Assembly (NCBI GenBank): GCA_964016885.1
Contig: OZ024748.1
Coordinates: 35,216,001 to 35,280,000 of the forward strand
Source of the DNA: Eledone cirrhosa
Lineage: Eukaryota
DNA: 64,000 bases
Direction: 5' to 3'
The notes beneath the pieces are model-generated. The model was not told the DNA's origin. It saw nothing but the letters and a program-made list of their open reading frames with translations, and did not search any database. The position numbers and the translations under genes are program-made. This document shows positions 10,787 through 21,700 of this stretch, in pieces. The stretch's first letter is position 1. Each line of letters opens with the position of its first letter.

Positions 10787-12092
10787 CTGAAAACAAATGG
10801 AAAACAGGTCAAATGTGATTATGAAATTAACATTTACATTTTCATATCAGCCAACAAAAAATATTCCTCATGACAAAATTGATGATGGGTAGACAAATAT
10901 ACAACACTTAGTCCCTGGAGGGCTTTAGCGAGAGGCCTAACACCACACTACAACAGAGTTCACTGAAGCTTGGAGAACTTTTGTTTTAGAAGCAGACTTA
11001 ACGTGGTTTTACAACCCCCCCAGAGTTCACTACAAACATTCAAGCAAGAGATTAGGGGTCTCTCATTTCAGTATGAGAATGACAGCAGTGACAAAGCAAT
11101 GTCTCCTCATCAGATTAACTTGCGACAACAAACTCATCTATTTACCTCAGCTTTTCCATGCTATTATGGGTTGGAAAACTAGTGGGGCATGATAAAAAGC
11201 ACCCAGTCCACTCTGTAAAATGGTAATACTGGTATCACAATAAAATGCACCCAGTACACTCTGCAAAGTGGTGTCAGGAAGGGTAACCAGCTGTAGAAAC
11301 CATTCCTAAATATAGACCCTATAGGCAAAATGTGGAATGTGATGAGATTCTAAACTTTTGGTCATCTCTACAAATCAGGACCAATTCATCTTTGTACAAG
11401 GTCACAATAGGAAGATGGGGTGTAGTTAGGGTTAATAACCCTCAACTGGCACACGGTACTTTATTGAAACAGGAATGTTAAATAAAAATAGGGATTTTAA
11501 AGTGAGAAAAGTAATAAATCGTTGGTGGGACCTCAATTTTATGAAAGGTTAAGGGCAGAGAAAAGAAAGCAATCGTAGTCAACAACTAACAAGTCTAGAC
11601 CTGTCAGACTTGGACATTTAACCCCCTCATCATTAATACTTAGTCGATATTAGTCTGATGGTTCAATAACCCAGAAACATTGGTCAAGTAGTAATTTGCC
11701 AAAATCTAAACGCTTAAGACTTCCCTGGATTCAATTCACACCTATGTAGGTGGTTTAACTGGTCTCCTACAAAGTTTATGTCAGGTGTTTTAATGATAGC
11801 ACCTCCCCACCACCACTTGAACTAAATGGATTGGAGCAACGCGACATGAAGTATCTTAGTAAAAAGGTATCGAACTCATGACCTTTTGACAGCTAGTCCA
11901 ACAGCCTAACCACTAACCAAGGAAAAGGCCATCCCCATAACTTTAAAAAACCTTTGGAATATTTACAGTACGTGGTGACTCGACTTACTAGAAATAGCAG
12001 CTAAAACAGTTACTGTAAGTGAGAGGAGGAGGGAAGTAATTTGAAAGTTAAAATTATTTTCTGCATAATAGACTTTTGTTAAAAATAATAAT

Positions 12093-12272
12093 TGTTTCTA
12101 CTTTTGGCACAAGGCCAGCAATTACCCAGTGCATTACTGGTACTTTATTTTATCGACCCCGTAAGGATGAAAGGCAAAGTTAACCTCGGCGGGATTTGAA
12201 CTCAGAATGGCAAGGGCCGTAACTCTATGCATCAAAGCATGGCATCCAACCCTCTACCGATACTGCCAATTC
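12093..12272 (-). mobile_element. SINE of a second family with long target-site duplication
   Basis: Flanked by acttttgttaaaaataataat at 12072-12092 and 12273-12293; B box gagttcaaatcc on the minus strand; diverged relatives near 8330-8505 and 12605-12695. Confidence 0.8.
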
Positions 12273-12331
12273 ACTTTTGTTAAAAATAATAATGTCCATT
12301 TATTTATGTAGGATGTTGTGACGGTCCTCAC

Positions 12332-12538
12332 CTGTTTAATTACAGTCGTTTTAGGTACGACACCTCTCTGTCGAAGTGTACCTTTCTTGCCAGCTTCTTT
12401 TCGTTTAATATTATTTTCAATAGTTATACATGAAACCTTGTTTCCTATTTCGTTCAGTGCCGTTCTCGACACCTGATTAGCATCGATATTCGATTTCATC
12501 ATGGCAGTGTTTTCACGATTGTTGGCTCGTAGTCGCAT
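12332..12538 (-). CDS. CycB: Cyclin B exon 2 with destruction box RTALNEIGN
   Basis: cag acceptor, gtgagg donor, 207 nt; RxALxxIxN D-box followed by a Lys-rich segment. Confidence 0.92.
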
Positions 12539-13430
12539 CTGTGAAGGAAGGCAGAAATTATGTTAATAAAAAATACAACATACTTTGATGGGACAATAGA
12601 GTAGTAATGTACTGGGGATTGATTTAATCGACTTTCCCCTCCTTCAAAATATGTTGGCCGTGTGTCTAAATAAGAAACCATTAATAATAATAATACACCA
12701 GTCAACGAGACGGGATGTAATAATTTAAATTTAAATAAATAAATAAATAAAGGTAGTCGATAGGTTAAGTTAGAATTTTGAAGGTGAAGTTTATATTCCT
12801 AAGTTCTTTGGTGTTTAAAATGTAAAGGACTGTTTTAAAGCCGTGGTTTGAGATTTCTCCACCTAAGAACTCCTGTCTTCAGAGACAGCCGTTATAATAA
12901 TTTACTGAATTTCTGAAATATAATTTCTAAATATTGTTAATATATTCATATTATTCCAGCATAAAGACATTGTTAACGACCTAAACATTTTTAAAAAGAC
13001 CATCTTTATTCTTATTTCAGTAACTATCATCAATATTGTTATTTAAAGTGAAGAATGGTTTAAAGCAAGATATTGGTTCAGTGGATGGAGATTGTAATTT
13101 ATTAGAATGTAGAATCTGTATTGTTGACCATAATTAAGGCAGAAGGGATGTTCCTTCATGACGGAAATAAAAGATGCCGGTCAATAAAACCAAAAAACTC
13201 TGAAAAGACCGTTAACTATTTGAAATTTGTTACAGTCGAATAATTAATTAGGGGTGGAGGTCGTTTTAAAAATATTTAAATATAGTTATTAGGTTCGGAT
13301 TTTGAAATTCTAATAAATAAAGCTTAAAACGTTAATCGACTGAAAAATCAAATTTAAAAAAATTGGAGCAGTTTTCGCGTTAAATTTCTAAAGTTTAAAT
13401 ATATTAACGTATAAATAATATATATATATA

Positions 13431-13590
13431 GGTTCCGAGTTGTGTCGGGGTGGGTAACCACAGTTAAAGTTACTCAATACATTAGTAGAGTATAGGCATC
13501 TTTATTCTAAATATAAAAAGGACTTCTACAGGACTAGAACTGTTTCTTTCATATAAAATCATACGGTAAAAAATTTTAAACTAACCCAAT
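13431..13590 (-). mobile_element. Short (TA)n-flanked element, possible Penelope-like remnant
   Basis: Bounded by TA microsatellites on both sides; very degenerate hammerhead-like order of motifs on the minus strand. Confidence 0.3.
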
Positions 13591-14675
13591 ATATATATAA
13601 TATATACTATTAGTTAAGTGTTTATTGATGTCAATAATCGTGGATTCCCAGTTTACCGTTATAATATATATATATATATATAAACATTTAAATTCAATAT
13701 GTGGAAAGCCAACAGAAGATTTAATTAAAACTGAAAATATTTAAATGAATTAGAAACTAAACTAAAATTTGAACTGGTGTATCAATAATTTATAAAACAT
13801 CTCGATTAATAACAATATGATGTGGTGATGTTCACACCTTTTCTATATTAATTCCAGTCGAATTAAAACAAGCACCAAGCTGTAGGTGGAATCTTATTTC
13901 TTCCACCGAGTTGAGAGAAACTTGTTCATACACGAACAAAGTCTGTGATAAATATTGAAACAAGACTGGACAGACACAATATTAGATAAAATATAAATAT
14001 AGAGGGACATCTAATTATATAATTACATATATATATAATTACACACACACATATTATATATATATAATTATATAAATGTTCATACTTTATTCCTCTAAAC
14101 AGAAACTACCAAGACAAAAGACGAAGAACAAATCTTACAAAGGCTAAAACAGAACTAGACAGACAATATTATATAATATATTTAGACATTTTTATATAAA
14201 TTAAATTATATAGTAGTGCACCTGAGCACTATACACAAATTTTCATAGCTATTATTATAAATATATAAATGATATTTTCTTCCCAACAAATACGGAAGAA
14301 TTAAATCCTACATTAAAGTAGAAACATTTCTAACAAAAAGTATTAATGAATACAAACATCTTTTTATTTTAAATATATAAATAACATTACAAATTGTTAA
14401 TTCTTTTAGAATTAAAATATAAACATAAATACGATATTTCAAAGGACCTCACAAATTAATTATTGCAAGGAACCTCAAATTATGACACTTGTTAGAATTT
14501 ATAATGAATATAAACGATATTTAACTGATTAAAGACAAAGAAAATCAATAATAACCCAAACAATAGCTAATTATATTAATTAAATTATTTTAAAATGTTT
14601 TCTTGGACTTTTCAGAATAAAAAAATATTTTTTACACCAAAAATGAATGAATTAAAATGTTAGACGATAACTTAC

Positions 14676-14699
14676 AGTATTAGATCGTGTGGTAGCCAT
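14676..14699 (-). CDS. CycB: Cyclin B exon 1 coding part (MATTRSNT)
   Basis: Strong Kozak accATGg, gtaagt donor, 24 nt phase 0 joining exon 2 in frame; lies about 200 bp downstream of the CCAAT/CHR promoter. Confidence 0.8.
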
Positions 14700-14903
14700 G
14701 GTATATAAAATATTTTAACAAAATTTACTTCGACGATTTGGCAATGTATAAAAAATATTGCCAATAATAATAGCGATTGAGCTTTTAAAATATAAATATA
14801 TATAAATAATTCCAGTTTATACTGGAATAGCAGCGGTAAAATTAGATGAAGTTAGTAGAGTAAATGTCGGATTTATGTCAAGGTATTTATGACACGCACC
14901 TCG

Positions 14904-14965
14904 TTCGAATAACAGCGGCACTGCTCTGATTGGTTGATTGCTTAGCAAGCTTCTTCTCTCATTGG
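14904..14965 (-). promoter_or_regulatory. G2/M promoter module: two CCAAT boxes plus CDE/CHR
   Basis: CCAAT at 14961-14965 and 14929-14933 (32-bp spacing); minus strand gccgct-gtta-TTCGAA with the CHR variant at 14904-14909. Confidence 0.75.
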
Positions 14966-15293
14966 CCAGTTTTGTTTGTAAAAACCGTTTCTTTTACAGT
15001 CATTCTACACAACTTTTAATATATACATCAATATACATATATGTTTTTTAAATAAACAATTTGTTTTCTAGATTTATTTTAAGATATTTTACTTTTATAT
15101 AATTATAAAATTTATGCAATATATAATGAGATATTTAAAACTGTAATTAAAAAAGTATTTATGTGGTTTACAATAAACATCTTAATATATTCCCAGCATG
15201 CACTTTTATTTGTTGATACTACGCAACGACGACCAGAAATTTCTTGTTTGGTTTCACTTCCACTACGTGGTCGTTTGACTTGCTAGAAACAGC

Positions 15294-15333
<40 letters not shown>

Positions 15334-15337
<4 letters not shown>

Positions 15338-15580
15338 AGGTGCATTATTGGTTGTGTAAAATGGTCCAATAACTTTATGGTAGCAATATGAGGGAATGAA
15401 TTCTGTGAGAGAACATCGTTATTTGTTCTCCCTCATATCAAGAATTTGAAGACAAATCATTTTCACCTGATGAGATCAGTGATAATAGATCATGGCTTCA
15501 CAATCGATCTATCTCTTATTGAAAAATGTGTTGTGTTTAAATGATTGGAATTTTACCTTGCCTTCGGATTTTCATTTTGA
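15334..15580 (+). mobile_element. (TA)n-flanked structured element, Penelope-like pLTR or retrozyme-like
   Basis: About 245 bp between two TA tracts; hairpin atatgaggga/tccctcatat (15386-15438) followed by a hammerhead-like fold. Confidence 0.5.
15455..15546 (+). ncRNA. Degenerate type I hammerhead ribozyme motif
   Basis: CTGATGA 15467-15473, GAAA 15521-15524, GTT triplet 15530-15532; stem I cac/gtg plus aatcattt/aaatgatt; stem II atagatc/gatctat with an imperfect extension. Confidence 0.55.
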
Positions 15581-15730
15581 TATATATATATAAAGTGTGG
15601 GGAGGGAAGGCTTCTTTTATTTCAGTGTTCGAAATAGAATTCTTTAGAAAAACATAATGAACTGAGTGTTTGTAATATTAATAAAGGTAATTTAATATAC
15701 CCCCCGCCCCAGAATTAAATAAGACAATGT

Positions 15731-18700
15731 GAGATACTCTACACCATTCTATGTGATATATCTGCAGAAGGGGGAAGAGTGACAGGCTATTCCTCGGTCT
15801 AGGTGGTATATCAGCTGGTAGGGAGTGACAGACTCTACACCCCAGTCTAGGTGGTATATCTCAGCTGTGGTAGGGAGTGACAGACTCTACGCCCCAATCT
15901 ACTTGGTATATCTCAGCTGTGATAGGGAGCCCAGACTATACTCCTGTCTATGTGGTATATCACAGCTATGGGCGACAGTGACAGACTCTACGCCCCAGTC
16001 TAGGTGGTATATCTCAGCTGTGGTAGGGAGTGACAGATTCTACACCCCAGTCTAGGTGGTATATCTCGGCTGTGGTAAGGAGTCTAGACTCTACACCACA
16101 GTCTAGGTGATAGGGAGTGACAGATTCTACACCCTAGTTTGGGTAGTATATCTCAGCTGGGGTAGTTTGTGGTTGATTCAACACCCCAGAGTAGGTGGTA
16201 TAACTCAGCTATGACGGACAGATTCTACACCTCAGTCTGTGTTGTTTACCTCAGCTATGACAGACACTACACCCCACACTAGGTGATATATCTCAGCTGT
16301 GTTATGGAGTGAAAGACTCTACACCCCAGTAGAGGTGATATACCTCAGCTGTGGTAGAGAGTGGTAGATTCTACACCCCAGGCTAGGTGGTAGATCTAAG
16401 ATTTGGTAGGGAGTGACAGATTCTACACCCCAGTCTCGGTGGTATATCTGAGTTGTGGTAGGGAGTGATAGACTCTACACCCAGTCTAGATGGTATATCT
16501 CAGCTGTGGAAGGGTGTGGTAGACTCTACACCCTAGTCTAGGTGGTAGATCTCAGATGTGGTAGGGAGTGACAGTCTCTACGCCCCAGTCTAGATGGTAT
16601 ATCTTACATGTGGTAGGGAGTGACAAACTCTACACCCCAGTCTAGGAGGTATATCTTACATGTGGTAGGGTGTGACAAACTCTACACCCCAGTCTAGGTA
16701 GTATATCTCAGCTGTGGTAGGGAGTGACAGACTCCACACCCCAGTCTAGGTGGTATATCTTACATGTGGTAGGGAGTGAATGACTCTACACCCCAGTCTA
16801 GGTGGTATATCTTACATGTGGTAGGGAGTGACAGACTGTACACCCCAGTCTAGGTGGTATATCTTACATGTGGTAGGGGGGTGACAAACTCTACACCCCA
16901 GTCTAGGTGGTATATCTCAGCCGTGGTAGGGAGTGACAGACTCTACACCCCAGTATAGGTGGTATATCTCAGCCGTGGTAGGGAGTGACAGACTCTACAC
17001 CCCAGTATAGGTGGTATATCTAAGCTGTGGTAGGGAGTGAAAGACTCTACTCCCCAGTCTAGGTGGTATATCTCAGCTGCGATAGGGAGTGATAGACTCT
17101 ACACCCCAGTCTAGGTGGTATATCTCAGCTGTGGGAGGGAGTGACAGACTCTAAACTCCAGTCTAGGTGGTATATCTCAGCTGTGGTAGGAAGTGATAGA
17201 CTCTACACCCAGTCTAGATGGTATATCTCAGCTGTGGTAGGGTGTGGTAGACTCTACACCCCAGTTTAGGTGGTATATCTCAGCTGGGGGAGGGAGTGAC
17301 AGATTCTAAACCCCAGTCTATGGGGTATATCACAGCTGTGGTAGGGTGTGATAGACACTACACCCAGTCTAGATGGTATATCTCAGCTGTGGTAGGGTGT
17401 GGTAGACTCTACACCCTAGTCTAGGTGGTAGATCTCAGATGTGGTAGGGAGTGACAGACTCTACATCCCAGTCTAGGTGGTATATCTTACATGTGGTAGG
17501 GAGTGAAAGACTCTACACCCCAGTCTAGGTGGTATATCTCAGCTGTGGTAGTGAGTAACAGACTCTACACCCCAGTCTAGGTGGTATATCTCAGCTGTGG
17601 TAGGGAGTGATAGACTCTACACCCAGTCTAGATGGTATATCTCAGCTGTGGTAGGGTGTGGTAGATTCTACACCCTAGTCTAGGTGATATATCTTACATG
17701 TGGTAGGGAGTGACAGACTCTACACCCCAGTCTAGGTGGGATATCTAAGCTGTGGTAGTGAGTGACAGACTCAACACCCCAGTCTAGGTGGTATATCTCA
17801 GATGTGGTAGGGAGTGACAAACTCTACATCCCAGTCTAGGTGGTATATCTCAGCTGTGGGAGGGAGTGACAGACTCTACACCCCAGTCAAGGTGGTATAT
17901 CTCAGCTGTGATAGGGAGTGGTACACTTTACACCATGTCTAGGTGGTATATCTCAGCAGTGGTAGGGAGTGACAGACTCTACACCCCAGTCAAAGTGGTT
18001 TACCTCAGCTGTGGTAGGGAGTGGTAGACTCTACACGCCAGTCTAGGTGGTATATCTCAGCTGTGGTAGAATCTACACCCCAGTCTAGGTGGTATATCTC
18101 AGCTGTGGTAGGGAGTGACAGACTCTACATCCCAGTCTAGATGGTATATCTCAGCTGTGGTAGGGAGTGACAGACTCTACACCCCTGTCTAGGTGGTATA
18201 TCTCAGCTGTGGTAGGGAGTGACAGACTCTACACCCCAGTCTAGGTGGTATATCTTACATGTGGTAGGGAGTGACAGACTCTACACCCCAGTCTAGGTGG
18301 TATATCTTACATGTGGTAGGGAGTGACACTGTACACCCCAGTCTAGGTGGTTTATCTCTCAGCTGTGGGAGGGAGTCAAAGACTCTATTCCACAGCCTAG
18401 GTAGTATATCTCAGCTGGGAGTGACAGACTCTACACTCCAGTCTAGATGGTATATCTCAGCTGTGGTAGGGAGTGAAAGACTCTATTCCACAGTCTAGGT
18501 AGTATATCTCAGCTGTGAGGTACAGATTCTACACCCCAGTCTAGGTGGTATATCTCGGCTGTGGTAAGGAGTCTAGACTCTACACCACAGTCTAGGTGAT
18601 AGGGAGTGACAGATTCTACACCCTAGTTTGGGTAGTATATCTCAGCTGGGGTAGTTTGTGGTTGATTCAACACCCCAGAGTAGGTGGTATAACTCAGCTA

Positions 18701-21700
18701 TGACGGACAGATTCTACACCTCAGTCTGTGTTGTTTACCTCAGCTATGACAGACACTACACCCCACACTAGGTGATATATCTCAGCTGTGTTATGGAGTG
18801 AAAGACTCTACACCCCAGTAGAGGTGATACACCTCAGCTGTGGTAGAGAGTGGTAGATTCTACACCCCAGTCTACGTGGTAGATCTAAGATTTGGTAGTG
18901 AGTGACAGACTCTACACACCAGTCTCGGTGGTATATCTGAGCTGTGGTAGGGAGTGATAGACTCTACACCCAGTCTAGATGGTATATCTCAGCTGTGGTA
19001 GAGTGTGGTAGACTCTACACCCTAGTCTAGGTGGTAGATCTCAGATGTGATAGGGAGTGACAGACTCTACACCCCAGTCTAGGTGGTATATCTTACATGT
19101 GGTAGGGAGTGACAGACTCTACACCCCAGTCTAGGAGGTATATCTCAGCTGTGGTAGTGAGTGACAGACTCTACATCCCAGTCTAGGTGGTATATCTCAG
19201 CTGTGGTAGGGAGTGACAGACTCTACACCCCAGTCTAGGTGGGATATCTAAGCTGTAGTAGTGAGTGACAGACTCAACACCCCAGTCTAGCTGGTATATC
19301 TCAGATGTGGTAGGGAGTGACAGAATCTACACCCCAGTCAAGGTGGTATATCTCAGCTGTGGTAGGGAGAGGTACACTTTACACCATGTCTAGGTGGTAT
19401 ATCTCAGCTGTGGTAGGGAGTGACAGACTCTACACCCAAGTCAAAGTGGTTTACCTCAGCTGTGGTAGGGAGTGGTAGACTCTACACCCCAGTCTAGGTG
19501 GTATATCTCAGCTGTGGTAGACTCTACACCCCAGTCTAGGTGGTATATCTCAGCTGTGGTAGGGAGTGACAGACTCTACATCCCAGTCTAGATGGTATAT
19601 CTCAGCTGTGGTAGGGAGTGACAGACTCTACACCCCAGTCTAGGTGGTATATCTCAGCTGTGGTAGGGAGTGACAGACTCTACATCCCAGTCTAGGTGGT
19701 ATATCTTACATGTGGTAGGGTGTGACAGACTCTACACCCCAGTCTAGGTGGTATATCTCAGCTGTGGTAGGGAGTGGTACACTTTACACCATGTCTAGGT
19801 GGTATATCTAAGCTGTGGTAGGGAGTGACAGACTCTACACCCCAGTCTAGGTGGTATATCTTACATGTGGTAGGGTGTGACAAACTCTACACCCCAGTCT
19901 AGGTGGTATATCTCAGCTGTGTTAGGGAGTGGTACACTTTACACCATGTCTAGGTGGTATATCTCAGCTGTGGTAGGGAGTGACAGACTCTACACCCCAG
20001 TCAAAGTGGTTTACCTCAGCTGTGGTAGGGAGTAGTAGACTCTACACCCCAGTCTAGGTGGTATATCTCAGCTGTGGTAGACTCTACACCCCAGTATAGG
20101 TGGTATATCTCAAGTGTGGTAGGGAGTGACAGACTCTACATCCCAGTCTAGATGGTATATCTCAGCTGTGGTAGTGAGTGACAGACTCTACACCCCAGTC
20201 TAGGTGGTATATCTCAACTGTGGTAGGGTGTGACAATTCTACACCCCAGTCTAGGTGGTATATCTCAGCTGTGGTAGGGAGTGACAGACTCTACACCCCA
20301 GTCTAGGTGGTATATCTAAGCTGTGGTAGTGAGTGACAGACTCTACACCCCAGTCTAGGTGGTATATCTAAGCTGTGGTAGTGAGTGACGGACTCTACAC
20401 CCCAGTCTAGGTGGTATATCTCAGCTGTGGTAGGGAGTGACAAACTCTACATCCCAGTCTAGGTGGTATATCTCAGCTGTGTGTGTGTGGGGGGGGGGTC
20501 GATTTTAAACACCAGTCTAGGTGGTATATCTCAGCTGTGGTAGTGAGTGACAGACGCTACACCCCAGTCTAGGTGGTATATCTCAGCTGTGGTAGGGAGT
20601 GACAGACTCTACATCCCAGTCTAGATGGTATATCTCAGCTGTGGTAGTGAGTGACAGACTCTACACCCCAGTCTAGGTGGTATATCTCAACTGTGGTAGG
20701 GTGTGACAACTCTACACCCCAGTCTAGGTGGTATATCTCAGCCGTGGTAGGGAGTGACAGACTCTACACCCCAGTCTAGGTGGTATATCTAAGCTGTGGT
20801 AGTGAGTGACAGACTCTACACCCCAGTCTGGGTGGTATATCTCAGCTGTGGTAGTGAGTGATGAACTCTACACCCCAGTCTAGGTGGTATATCTCAGATG
20901 TGGTAGAGAGTGACAAACTCTACATCCCAGTCTAGGTGGTATATCTCAGATGTGGGAGGGAGTGATAGACTCTACACCCCAGTCTAGGTGGTATATCTCA
21001 GATGTGGGAGGGAGTGACAGACTCTACACCCCAGTCAAGGTGGTATACCTCAGCTGTGGTAAGGAGTGGTAGACTCTACACCCCAGTCTAGGTGGTATAT
21101 CTCAGCTGTGGGAGGGAGTGATAGACTCTACACCCAGTCTAGATGGTATATCTCAGCTGTGGTAGGGTGTGGTAGACCCTACACCCAAGTCTAGGTGGTA
21201 TATCTTACATGTGGTAGGGAGTGACAGACTCTACACCCCCGTCTAGGTGGTATATCTCGGCTGTGGTAGGGTGTGGTAGACTCTACACCCTAGTCTAGGT
21301 GGTATATCTCAGATGTGGTAGGAAGTGAGGTGATATATCTTACATGTGGTAGGGAGTGACAGACTCTACACCCCAGTCTAGGTGGTATATCTCAGCTGTG
21401 GTAGTGAGTAACAGACTCTACAGCCCAGTCTAGGTGGTATATCTCAGCTGTGGCAGTGAGTAACAGACTCTACACCCCAGTCTAGGTGGTATATCTCAGC
21501 TGTGGTAGGGTGTGGTAGACTCTACACCCAGTCAAGATGGTATATCTCAGCTATGGTAGGGTATGGTAGACTCTACACCCCTGTCTAGGTGGTATATCTC
21601 AGCTGTGGTAGGGAGTGACAGACTCTACACCACAGTCTAGGTGGTATATCTTACATGTGGTAGGGAGTGACAGACTCTACACCCCAGTCTAGGTGGTATA

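Noticed and set aside
10579-10812. ORF-track protein [12 protein letters not shown]
   Set aside because: Wrong frame of cyclin B exon 3.
12254-12538. ATG at 12538 as the cyclin B start
   Set aside because: It directly follows a polypyrimidine-CAG acceptor; a better Kozak ATG, donor and promoter lie at 14676-14965.
15825-18498. ORFs MTDSTPQSRWYISAVVGSD (also 61570-61752)
   Set aside because: Chance read-through of the 52-bp monomer; the frame shifts each unit and meets a stop within about 3-4 units.
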